A stretch of DNA of 64,000 nt from Selaginella moellendorffii (taxonomy: Eukaryota > Plantae > Lycopodiophyta), in contig NW_003314262.1 of the NCBI RefSeq assembly GCF_000143415.4, positions 5,473,876-5,537,875 of the forward strand, in the 5' to 3' direction. Below, one piece after another: positions 49,177 through 60,398 of this stretch (position 1 is the stretch's first letter; each line of letters opens with the position of its first letter). The notes beneath the pieces were generated by a model that was not told where the DNA came from, did not search any database, and worked only from the letters and a program-made list of their open reading frames with translations. A program made the position numbers and the translations under genes.

Positions 49177-50597
49177 CTACTTCACAGCTTTAGTGAATAG
49201 TCGCCATATGCGGGTACTGTAGCGAGAAGAAAACGGTTTATTACAGCTCGTTAAAAATGAACTATGCTCACCATTCAGTGATCTTCTGCGGTAGACGCTG
49301 CCCTTCCCTGTAAAAGCTCCATTTGACTTAGATGTTCACATTCATCACGATTTACCTGGCAACAAGCAAATGCTTCTGTTTTGCACGATAACTGCAGGAA
49401 GACCGCTGGTAAAGGGATTTACTGCTCACATTCTCTGGCCTAATCCTTTCGTTGCTAATGAGATCCCTGTCAAAACTTGACGAGAAGTTTTATAGGTACC
49501 TTGGTAAGAATAGCCGCTCTTGTTTATAATTGTTGTTCATGGTCCATGCCTGAACGAGAGCAACATTGATCTGTCTCATGCACTCTGTGGTCCAAAACCG
49601 TGACAGAGCTTTGGCCTGGAGCTTGAAGACGTTATAAGAAATATAGTCTTCCTTGTGTACTCACGAGTAATGCTTGCAAACGATCATATTCTTTGAAAGC
49701 TCGGCCATAGGCTGCTGCGTCTTGCTCCTGGACGGCTTACAAAGTCAGTAATTTCGACATAAAGTTTCCAAAGAGCTTTATTACCTTCTTCACCCTGTAG
49801 ACGTTATAGATCAAGCTTGAATAGAGAAATTCAGAGAGGGCACTGACGTCCATCTTGTTTATGGCTCGCTTCAGGCAGTAGAAAAAATGACGTCGCATTT
49901 TCTTCCGTGTAGCACTCCCGTCCCAGAGCGGCAAAACCAAAGGAACCACTCGAAACATCTTCATGAGGACTGGAAGCACGAGCAGGCAAATGCGGCCATT
50001 ACCGTTTGGAAACGGATGAACCTCCAAAAGACGGTAGAAGAGGCTCGCGACCTTGTTCACACGGCTCCGGACTGTCCAGCTTGTGTGCGCCACCTTGAGC
50101 CGCTGCTCTTCAATCTCTTGCAAGACGAACAGCAAGTCCGGGAGGAGCTTAGTCCCCCGTGAAAAGCTGCTACCAGGATCAGACGACACATCGGTTGTTC
50201 GCAGCTCTCCTGCTTTGAAGTCTGCCTTGGCTCCATAGAACATGATCCAGTGAGCTCGCTTCACCGTTTCCACCGTAACCTTCCCCGTCGTCGAGAGATA
50301 GAGCAAGCTCTTGAGGTGTTGTAGGAGCTGTGCCTCCATAGCTTTGTGTGAATCATCTCCTTCAACCGGCCATTCCACCTGGGGAACTAGGCGACTCTCA
50401 TAGATATCGTCATAAAACTCCGCCACGAGGTCGTCGAACGAGTCAGCGGCATGCACGATCATGTAGCTATGTAAGACTGTGAGGACCATCTCTCTCTTGC
50501 GTGTTGCTTCATCCACGATGAGGCTCTCGACTGCGATTCGGACGGATTCCTCCGGTTCCACGACGTAAGGCCATGGAAGCTTATGGTTGCTCGCCAT
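49177..50597 (-). CDS. Fic/DOC-domain protein with spliced C-terminal extension
   Basis: Exon 50597-49785 encodes AGELRT and HPFPNGNGRIC (Fic motif). GT-AG exons 49727-49665, 49615-49500, ~49466 (or ~49393)-49356, 49307-49272 and 49216-49177 continue in frame to ...TRIWRLFTKAVK*. Confidence 0.8.
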
Positions 50598-51120
50598 ATC
50601 TGTGATCAAACGAACGAAATTTTGTCAGGAAGAAATCCGTGAAGAAGGCGAAGCACTTACTTTCTTGGTCGCTGTAGATAGCAAATGCCGGAAAGCAAAG
50701 AACCTAATCGTTGAAATCGATCGCCCCGTGTCTGTCGCGAGACTGGATCCAACGCAAATGCTCGTTACATCCATTGCTGACACGATCGATTCTTACAGTT
50801 CTTGTGGCGCCGCGCCTATGTAATGCTTCCCTGTGTCGAAGCCGGCGATATTTCGGCGACGATCGATCAAGATCCACAGCCCCGGAAGCTGGCGATCGCC
50901 ATCCTGTCAAGTTAGAATCGGATTTGCAGAAGAATCGAAGCCATCTCTCACGCTCGCTTTCCCCGCCCTCTCGCCGCCGGCTTCGCGCAAGCTAGGGTTT
51001 GCGCTCAAACACTCCATGCAGCTCAAACACTCGGGGAGGGAAACGTAAAGATACTGGGAATATGCTAAGACACGCATAATTCTTTAGGTTAAAGTCCTTT
51101 AAGAACCAATCTCTCACTTC

Positions 51121-51533
51121 TCGTCACCGCTTGCAACAATGCCAAGTTTGGAGACCGAGATTTCCTCCTCATGGAGCAACCTTGAAACTCTCTTGCAGCA
51201 ACAATGCAATGGAAATTTGGTCTAGAATCAAAGGCATATGGGAATCCTATCTCCGTTGTGCAGGTAGAGAATAGCGAGAACTTGCTCGTTTTCTCATCCT
51301 ATGTTCCAAAATTAAAACAACTGTTTTGCATCAAGGAGTTGACGCACTTGCGTGCCCAGCTGCCTGTTAAGCACGCGCCTTCTCAACATGGACACGGTAC
51401 CTAAATAAACAACTATTTAGAGCCCGAGGAAAAATTACGAACCACAAGGCTGGTGGCCTATGGCACCATCTGTCTTCGTTACAATCAAGTGTCCGACATG
51501 GAGCTCCTTGGCAATGTTTGGCGAAGAGAAATC
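51121..51533 (+). pseudogene. Rearranged partial duplicate of the ArgRS gene
   Basis: 51121-51375 is the reverse complement of ~48593-49036 with deletions. 51377-51486 matches ~47708-47836 and 51486-51533 matches ~48537-48585 in direct orientation. Intron sequence is retained. Confidence 0.9.
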
Positions 51534-51812
51534 CCCGGTTGACGCGCGCATGCAAAGATTATTTCAACCCTCCGAAGGTCTACGGAAGCGTCCACATTGT
51601 CAACAAAGACTTATCACGCCTCCCAGTGGTTCGTGGAACCTATATTTTCTTGACACCCAAGACTTTCCATCCTACAAATACCTTCACATCTCACCTCACA
51701 GCTCAAGCCACTTCTCAGCAAAAGGAGATCTTGTGAGCGCATAAGATCTAGTTTTTATCATCTCTCTCTGTTTGTTCCTCAAGTTCGCCAGGGATCACTC
51801 AAGAACGCGACG

Positions 51813-52451
51813 ATGATCACACTCCTCCAGCTTCTCGTCATCGCGGCACCAATCTTCCAGGTGATCACAGCCTCTGACCCCGATCCCCTCCAGGACTTTT
51901 GCGTGGCCGACCTCGCAAAGGACCTCACTCTCAATGGCTATCCTTGCAAGCGAGCGGCCAACACCACCACCGAGGATTTTATCTTCTCGGGCCTTCGAAA
52001 CTCCGCAAACACCAGCGGCCCAACGGGAGCCGCCGCGGTGTTTGGCTTCGTCCAGGACTATCCGGGGCTCAACACTCTCGGCCTCGGCATAGCCAGGCTC
52101 GACTGGGCTCCCGGCGGTCTCATCCCTCCACACACGCACCCGCGAGGCTCGGAGATCATCTACGTCGTGAAGGGGAGCTTGTACGCCGGATTCGTCACCA
52201 CCCAGAACCAGCTCTTCGCTCGGGTCATCTCCAAAGGCGACGTGATGATCTTCCCGCGGGGTTTGATCCACTGGCAGCTCAACGTTGGCAACACCACCGC
52301 CATGGCCATCGTGACGCTGGATTCGCAGTCACCGGGCTTCCAGCTGATCGCAAACTCCATGTTTGGATCGGATATCCTGGACGAGGTGCTCGTCAAGACC
52401 TTCTTTATTGACGAGAATGCTGTCCGGCAGCTCAAGGCGACGTTCTCTTGA
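51813..52451 (+). CDS. Germin-like protein (cupin), intronless
   Basis: Signal peptide, DPDPLQDFCVAD, PGLNTLG, PPHTHPRGSE, FPRGLIHWQ. Confidence 0.97.
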   Translation: MITLLQLLVIAAPIFQVITASDPDPLQDFCVADLAKDLTLNGYPCKRAANTTTEDFIFSGLRNSANTSGPTGAAAVFGFVQDYPGLNTLGLGIARLDWAPGGLIPPHTHPRGSEIIYVVKGSLYAGFVTTQNQLFARVISKGDVMIFPRGLIHWQLNVGNTTAMAIVTLDSQSPGFQLIANSMFGSDILDEVLVKTFFIDENAVRQLKATFS

Positions 52452-52556
52452 AAGCATAAAATTCATAAAATTCAGCATAAAATTCATAAATGCGAATAGG
52501 TGAATATGCTAAAAATAATACCATAGTATGGATTGTGAGAAAACGTTACGTACTTT

Positions 52557-54008
52557 TTACTCGCTCTTTCTACGTCCAAGCTTCAAGGCACGGAAGAGCG
52601 ACAAGAACCAATCTATGAGAGCTCTCACCCATTTCTTTCTCTTGAGCGATGGTGTCTCCAGCGGCGGCGGCCCAAACAGGCCTTTGTAGAGCTGCCTTTG
52701 CTTCTCGTAGAGCTCCTTGTCGTGCTGCGCTATCAGCTTGAGCTCCTTGAGCACTGCCTTGTCGTTTGGAGCCAGCGCTTTCACCTTGTTGAAGTCCGCC
52801 CTTGCATTGTCTGTTCGTCCCAGTGCCGCTTGAGCTTTCCCGCGCCGGAACAATGCCTTGACGTTGTTCTCGTCTTCTGCAAGGACCTGGCTTCTCCCGG
52901 TTACTATCAATCAAAGTCTCTTCTTTCGGGAGGAGCGAGAGCTGGGAGACTTACAACATTGCACTGGCCGATGGCTTCTTCGTACTGCTCGAGCCGGAGC
53001 AAGCAAGCTGCCATGTTTAAGTGGCACGGATTCTTCACGGCGTTGGCCATGTCTTTGTATTTCCCGAAGAGTTGGAACATGAAGTCGTCTCCCATGTACG
53101 CCAGTGCCTGAAATTTGTAGAGTTTTCGTCTGGAAAAGAAGAAAAGACAGACGAGCATACCATCTCGTATTTCTGCATTGCTTCGCCGACTTTGTCCTCT
53201 TTGAAGGCGTCGTTTCCATCCACTCGCCGTCGATCAGCGGCCTCGATTCTCTCTTCCACTGTCATTTCTGCGCGTGGTCTTCCCTGGAGACAAAAGAAAG
53301 AAAACAAAATTAAAAAACCAATCCGAATCACGATCGGGAGCAACTTTACCTCGCGTGCATTCTCGAATCCGATGAGCTCCACTTCGTACACAAGATCAGC
53401 CATAGGTGGAACGTTTGGAAACGAAAAGTTCCCTTCTTTTCCATACCCAAGCTTCCACCCAACTTTGAACAAAGCACTTTCGCCAGCCTTCATGCTCGTA
53501 ACAGCAATTGCAAGGCCGCGCAGCTGTTCTTTCTCTGCAAAGTACCAGAAATGTTCTAGACAAGAAAAGAATAAGTCAGCTTACCATGTCCCAGAACAAG
53601 CTCTAGCACTTGCTGCTCCTTCCTCGTATCCTGAAACTTATGCATTGTACTCACAGTCCATGCCCGGTAGTGCACTGAAGAAACAAGCACGCATTATTAG
53701 AAGAAGAAAAAAAAGGAGGAGCTTACCGAAACAAGTAGCATGCCTTTGAGGCGTGTCCCCCTGCCCCTCCTTGATGATTTGTTTCGTCACACCATCGACG
53801 AGTTCTTCCTCCGGAGATCCCACCTTAGGGGGAAGATCATCATCCTCATTCTGAAAAACCGGAAATGGCGATGCCTCTTCGCTTGTATCCTTCGAATCTT
53901 CACAACCCACGAGGGAACACATCGACCCAAAATGAGAATCGCCCTCAAAACGAGAAAAAAAAACCAGCTTTTACCTTCGCGAATGGACTCCTCGCCTGTC
54001 TCCTCCAT
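52557..54008 (-). CDS. TWD1: FKBP42 / TWISTED DWARF1-like immunophilin (FKBP + TPR + C-terminal membrane anchor), multi-exon
   Basis: KQIIKEGQG, GYGKEGNFSFPNVPPMADLVYEVELIGF, YMGDDFMFQLFGKY.DMA.AVKNPCHLNMAAC, NVKALFRRGKA. Confidence 0.92.
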
Positions 54009-54053
54009 CACCAAACTCACCACTTTAGGGATTTCTTCCACAGGAACTTTGTT

Positions 54054-55724
54054 CTACCCGAGAAGAATGTTGGCGAGTAGAGCATACGGCGAGGAGTCGT
54101 CCGGTTTCTTTCCCCTTCCCGGATCGACTAGCATTCGCTTCGCTGCCTCTCTCCCATTCCCAGCATCGCCGTGAGTGCTGCAAGCACTGAGGAGAGCACC
54201 CCACGTCGCAAAGTCACCTCCAAGCGGCAAGCTTTCCAGAAAAACCTGTGCTTGTGCCGTGTCTCCACACCTCGCGAGAACTCCCACCACGGCCGATAAG
54301 TGTCCCGTCCTTGGATCCACTCCATAGTCGTCTCTCATGCCCGCCACCACCTTTCTAGCCTCGTCCAGCATTCCCAAATGCACGCAAGCCACCAAGAGCC
54401 CGAGCACTGATATCTCGTTCGGCCTCTCGCCTTCTAGGCCCATCCTCGCCATCACCTCCACTGCCTTGGGACTCTTCCTCCCGGATTCTCCAACGCAGAC
54501 CCGAGAGCCGAGGAGAGCGTTCCACGAGACGATGTTCTTCACCGGCATCCGACCGAAGAAGCTCTCCAGATCGTCCCTGGCTTCGGTGTTGGAGAGAGCT
54601 GTGTTCCACGACGCCACGTCCTTCTCGGGTGTCTCCAAGAACATCCTCTTTGCTTCTTCCAGATGCTGGCTGTGAGCGTACGCCGCCACCATTGTGTTCC
54701 ACGACACCGTGCTCCTCTCCGGCATTGCATCGAACAGGCACCTCGCGTGCTCAATGTGTCCGTTCTCAGCATACGCTTGCACCATTCTCGTCCACGAGAC
54801 GAGGTCCCGCTCGGGCATCCTGTCGAAAGTTTCTTTCACTCTGGCGAGTTCTCCGTTTTGAGCGTGAACTGAAACGAGCGAGTTCCACGAGACGCAGTTC
54901 CACACCTGCATTCTCTCGAGTGTAGCCTGGGCTTCTTCCGCTAATCCTTTCTGAGAGTATCCCACCAGCAGTGCGTTCCAGCAGAGTATGTTCCACTCGG
55001 GCATCCGATCCAGGGCCTCCTGTGCTGCTTCCATCCTGTCATTCTCGATAAGTCCCGCCACCATAGCCGTCCAGCAGACGATGTTCCTCTCCGGTATCCG
55101 CTCGAAAAGAAGCTCTGCCTCTTCGACGTGGCCCAGCTCAAAGTTCGCTTGAATCATCATAGTCCAAGAGACCACGCTTCGATGCGGCATCTCGTCAAAC
55201 ACCTCTTTTGCCTTGCCGAACTGCCCGTTTTGAGAGTAAGCTTCCAAAAGCGCGTTCCAAGCAGCCACGTCCAGCTCCGGGATCACGTCAAAAACCAGCT
55301 TTGCCGCTCCAACTTGACCAGCCTGACCGTAAGTTGACAAGAGGTTCGTCCAGGACAATATGTTGCACTCTGGCATTCTCTGAAATGTCGAAACCGCGCC
55401 TTCGAGATACCCGTTTTGGGCATAGGCTGTGAGCAGGATGTTCCATGAGAAGAGATTTGGCTCTCTGATCTCCAAGAAAGCCGCCTCCATCTCCTGCAAG
55501 CACCCACAGCTTCCATACATTTGAACAACCAGATTTCTCAGGTACCTATCATATCTATGGAATTTGTGAGCGAAAATCCAACGGTGGAGCCTCCGGCCTT
55601 GATCCAAGTCCTTCACTCTACCACACTCTCTTAACAAGGATGGCAGTTCATCATCCCTTGGATGACAAGCAGCCATTTCGTGTGCTTTAGCAGGATTCGC
55701 CGCATGAATGCCTGCAAAAGCCAT
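54054..55724 (-). CDS. PLS-class PPR protein rich in tandem 31-aa SS-type motifs, truncated E domain
   Basis: Repeated MPERxxVSWxxMxxAYAxNG units. Ends WGALLSAC..HGD...SSPYALLANI. The start ATG is uncertain (55724 or ~55676). Confidence 0.93.
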   Translation of the reverse strand: MAFAGIHAANPAKAHEMAACHPRDDELPSLLRECGRVKDLDQGRRLHRWIFAHKFHRYDRYLRNLVVQMYGSCGCLQEMEAAFLEIREPNLFSWNILLTAYAQNGYLEGAVSTFQRMPECNILSWTNLLSTYGQAGQVGAAKLVFDVIPELDVAAWNALLEAYSQNGQFGKAKEVFDEMPHRSVVSWTMMIQANFELGHVEEAELLFERIPERNIVCWTAMVAGLIENDRMEAAQEALDRMPEWNILCWNALLVGYSQKGLAEEAQATLERMQVWNCVSWNSLVSVHAQNGELARVKETFDRMPERDLVSWTRMVQAYAENGHIEHARCLFDAMPERSTVSWNTMVAAYAHSQHLEEAKRMFLETPEKDVASWNTALSNTEARDDLESFFGRMPVKNIVSWNALLGSRVCVGESGRKSPKAVEVMARMGLEGERPNEISVLGLLVACVHLGMLDEARKVVAGMRDDYGVDPRTGHLSAVVGVLARCGDTAQAQVFLESLPLGGDFATWGALLSACSTHGDAGNGREAAKRMLVDPGRGKKPDDSSPYALLANILLG

Positions 55725-55783
55725 CTCATGAATGAGATTATATAGAGAATAAAATAAAATACTTGTCACTTTGCGTGTAGCTT

Positions 55784-58216
55784 TTATCGTCCTCGCAGTG
55801 GCACAAAAGGTGGCGTTTGAGGCCCCAGTGCCTTAGCGTCAGTAACAACTACGATGGGTTCCAAGTCGGGATGAAGGTGCCTTCGTGCGGCTTGTAGAAT
55901 ATCATCCGTCGTTACTTCTTCCACTCTTTTTTTGTACGTGAAAGGTAGATTCTGATCAATTCCGAATAGATCGTAGATAAGAATGCGTCCCAGCTGCGAT
56001 TCTCTGCATCCAAAAACCAAACCATGAGAAACTTACACTTATAGTCACAATCACAAATTACCTGCTTGAAATATTGAAAACAAAAGAATTTAGAGCGGCC
56101 TCTTTCGCTTGAGACAGCTTTTCTACACACACAAACGAAGGCAAATTAATCGATAAAATGCTTGGACCAGAAATCTCACCTTCAGAAACAGGTGTCTCGA
56201 CAATAGACATCAGAACTGTCTTGATGGCCTTTAAAAATCTGGGAACCGACTGAACTTGTGTCTCCCCTCCTGCAACGAATGCCCCCTATAGCAAAAGAAA
56301 AAAAAAAAAAGACAATCAGAGCTCTGCAACGATCATGACCAAGCTGACTCTGTGGTCGATCGAAGGACTCCATCCTCCGGATACGGAGTACGCCAGACCT
56401 TCTTTTGATCGAATCTGCATGGATGAAGTGCTCAACAAACTCGCTAACAAAAAAGCCATGTACCTCGTCAAATAAGAGGCCTCCAAAACCGTTTAGCACG
56501 CCATTCAAAACGTCCAAGGAAAACACATCAGGATCCGCAATGGTAGTTCCAAGCTCCCCCATACGAACGTAGCTACAGGGGGTTTACCTGTTAGCGAAGA
56601 TGATAAGTATTCGTGAGTTAATTCATACCCTTGAGTTAGGCCGGGACGATCCACCAAGAACACCTTTGGCTCAGAAACGCTGGTTACAGGCTCGGGCATG
56701 GTGTCGTTCTTTACTGGTAAAAACTTGTTAATGTTTTCTGGAGTCCTCCACGCCGAGAATTCTTTTTCAATTAGTGACTTCATTGTCGACGAGTCAAAAT
56801 CACCCCAAATTCCTAATACCGCTGAGTCGGGTCTGTCAGCAAAAATTCTTACAAATGATATATGAAGAAGAACAAAGAAAAAAACTAGCTCACCGAAAAA
56901 CATGGCTGTGAAACGCAATCAGATCATTGCGAGAAATAGATCCCACAGTGTTCTCCTCGGGCAGACGCGCATAAACACTTTTATCTCCGTACAAGAGCTT
57001 TTGCAGCTCTATAGTCGCCAAAGTTTCAGCCTGATTAAAAAGAAATGAGACCAAAAAAACTTGAAACAAATTGAATTTCATAGCCTTACATTATCTTTTC
57101 TGCGGGAAATGGATCCCAAAAGCTGTCCTCGAACAAGTTCTAGCTTCTCCCGAGGCATTGTTGGCCTTTGAACGACTGCACCACACAAGCTTCAAGCTTA
57201 GACATGAGACCACACATTGCAATGACTGTTTACCATCTGAAAATATGGAAAAGACAGTTTTAAGGTCTTCCTCAAGGCAACGAAAGCCGACACCCATACT
57301 TCCACCACTGGACGATGCTTCAATCCTAGCTGCCATGGACTGAAAAAGAAGAAGAAAAAAAAGGAGCAAAATCAGTCACAAGCATACAACGTAGTTTACC
57401 TCAAGCTCCAGATCTAATGAATCGGTTGGATGAGAAGCTGTCCCTCCACTTCTTTGCACAGCAGACGTCATTCTCGCCAGTCCCACCTGAGTTTCTGATG
57501 TCCAAAACCATTGTGAATTGAAAAGCAGCTACTACCTTCTCTTCCGGTTCTAAGTTCGCACCGCCTTTAACAATCAGATTTCCACCAACCTGCGCAATAG
57601 AGCAAGATAAAAAACAAAAAAAAAATTAAAAATAAAAATCCATAACACTGACAAAAAAAAGAAGCTCCACTTACGAGTCCCAGCTCGTGATCTTCCAGAA
57701 GAAAAACTCGAAGACCATTGTCCAGTGCAATCTGGAGAGCGAAAGGAACGAAGCATGAGCTATTTCTCGAAGCATTTGCCTTACCATCTCATATGGCGGA
57801 AAAGAAAAATCGGGCAGCGGGGGAAACTCCTCTGGAATCGGGAGTATCTCCTGCTCCATGCTTGCTGTTACTGCAAAGCTGATCACAGAAACGCTTAAGT
57901 CACAATAAAAAAGAAAATCATCTGGGGTTTCAGAAAGAAAAGAAAAGAAATGCTCACCTTGGAAGCGCCGGACTCCACCAAGAGGTGAGGGACAGAGAAG
58001 CTGCTAAGGCAACTCCAAGGATTTTCCCCGGAAAGCTGTTGCGGCAACCACATTGCACTCTTTCAACCTGGACATGAAATTATTCCGGGTAGCGATCTCT
58101 TGCGGGCATACCTGAGGCCTGGTGGATGCAAGCGTAGTGCGAATCGCGCTCGCGCCACACGATCGCCATCGCCTACATTCGCAATGGCTTGCAGCCAAGG
58201 AGGGAATCGACAGCAT
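55784..58216 (-). CDS. M16 (insulinase/pitrilysin) peptidase-like protein, probably organelle-targeted, multi-exon
   Basis: LDNGLRVFLLEDHEL, VGLARMT..VQRSGG, ISRNDLIAFH, AVLGIWGDFD, VFLVDRPGLTQ, LDVLNGVLNGFGGLLFDE, VEEVTTDDILQAARRHL. N-terminus resembles a transit peptide. Confidence 0.85.
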
Positions 58217-58399
58217 GGTAGCATAAACCCTAGTTCTCGGTATATTCCAGTTTAAAGAAGCTACAGTATAATGTAGCATCACCACCTTTCAACATTCCAA
58301 TAACTTGGGACATAGCTGGTCTCCTGCTCTGACTGCAAAGAAGTGCTATCAGTAATGCACGCTAAATCTCACCACTGTTTTCTGCTGCCTCCGCTGAGC

Positions 58400-60092
58400 A
58401 TGTCTTTCCCACACCTGCAAGTTTACGGGTTGATAACTTCAAATAAGCAGGTTATAACGTACCCATCCCGGAAGATCTTCATCTTCATTGCAACTCTTTT
58501 TCCCAGTCACTATTTCGAATGTCAGTAGCCCGAATGCAGATACATCAGCTTTTGTCCCTGTGCATATTCTGGAGGGATGTAGCCACTGAAATATTACAAA
58601 CAGTCACATTCATAGGTCGTAAAATGAACTCCAGCGTATTTCATATCTTGTTTTCCAGGACAGGTGCACTTCTGCATCTGCACATAGCAAAAGGAGTTGT
58701 AGGAACAGCTGAACAAAAAAAAAGGATTACCATCCAAAGCATGTCGGAGGCTTTTTCATGTCATGTACTCATACACTAAATAGTTGAATCTTTTTGGAAG
58801 CAGCTTAACGTGATTCCTGTGCTGGTTAGTCTCTAACAAGATCGCACTGAATTTTCTCAGTATGAAACTTCATCTACTTAATTGCAACGGTTCCCTCACA
58901 ATAAAGGATTAGTAACATTTATATCTACCTTATAGACAACTGCAAAACCTCCTCTCCCAATCTCGTTCGTTAAATGCCATTGTCGCATCGCTAAGTTCTT
59001 GGTAAGAGTATACTTTGGTCTTTGGAACTTCTATACGTGTTCCTAATTTTTCCACAGCAGCCTTTCAGAGAGGAAACAACATGAGCGGTAAAGTACCTGC
59101 AGAGAGCATGATAATAATGCAGCAAAAGGCACCAACGATAGGATTAGGATTATTCGGGTCTGTGATTTTCTGCTAGGTGTACGTGGTGATTCTGGAGATG
59201 CACCACTCAACGCACTGGTGCACCTGGAGCTCACACTGTAAGAGAGAAAACTTTTAGCATCAAAATGGCACACTTGGTATTCCAGTGTTCCATATCCCAC
59301 TTAGACCTCCTGATTGATCAAGTTGGTGAAGCTTGTGTACTACCAGATTTCAATATAGTAGAGATATTAGGAGATGCACCTGGGTTTCTCCACAACGAAT
59401 CTCCACTGGGACCATACAATACGACGTGACCATCGGGTTGAAGAACCAGAGAGCAGCCAGGGCCCGTATAAGCACCAGTGAGTAGAAAACTGGTGACCAA
59501 ATGCTCCTGCTGATCCCGCAACAACACCTTGCAGTCATGCTGCATCTGCAGCTCGTAAGCCTGATTCTGTGAGGTGAGCTTGCATCCGGCGTGTAACGTG
59601 TTGAAGATGGTGTAGCTTTCCAGAGTATCATGATATGTGTTATAATCAATGCTGAAATTTGCCGATAAATTTCTGGAGCGAAGTGCAACCATCCTTTCCT
59701 CTAGCATTGATCCCCTTGATATGGTAACCGACTTGAAGCTGTCCCGAGACGGTATATGCAGCTCCATAGGTCTTGTTCATAAGTAGCTCCAGCTCTGAGA
59801 CCAAGCTCTAAACCCATCCCGCAGCATGCTCGAATTCACGACTTTGGAAGCAGCTTGACAATTGAAAGCACCTCGCACAAGAATGCTTAGGGACGATCGA
59901 ATTGCTGACCTCTGCAACCTCGACAGTGTCAAAAAAAAGACAGGCTCTCCGATTCCCCACTATAGTCCAGCCCCGAAGGGATTCCTTTATCTATGAGAGT
60001 GGAGAACTGAGCAGCTACGACCTGCTTTGTGGTGGCATTAAGCTTGAAATTTGGATCTTCCACAATAGAGGATGAGGAATGTGCCGCCATTG
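58400..60092 (-). pseudogene. Bulb-type lectin receptor-like kinase pseudogene
   Basis: B-lectin stretch YELQMQHDCKVLL...LVLQPDGHVVLYGPSGDSLW, a TM-like IILILSLVPFAALLSC, and kinase remnants YSYQELSDAT, IGRGGFAVVYK, HRNHVKL in broken frames. Confidence 0.7.
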
Positions 60093-60398
60093 GCACAGAA
60101 ATCAAGCAGATTTCGCAAGATCTTATGGTCCATGAGTTAAATGTCGTGACTCTGCGAATCACCCAGCGAGTCACACACTGTTCGGACGCGAGTCACTCAG
60201 TGCTGAGTCAATCGGACGCGTCCGAAGGACTAGCTAGACAAGAAAACGTTAGTGAAATGATTCCCAACTCTTTTCTTAATGTTTGTTAGACCTTGATACT
60301 TAGCCAAAAGTCAGATCTTAGTTGACAAATGATAAGAATAAAATTTTGATTTTAATGTTTATTTAAGTTAGCCTAATAGCTACACTGAGTCAACCAAG

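Noticed and set aside
49737-49784. Fic ORF ending at 49737 as a single-exon, bacterial-contaminant gene
   Set aside because: A GT donor at 49784 leads into in-frame downstream exons, and the flanks are intron-rich plant genes.
52455-52490. cataaaatt repeats after the germin stop
   Set aside because: Low-complexity 3' UTR repeat.
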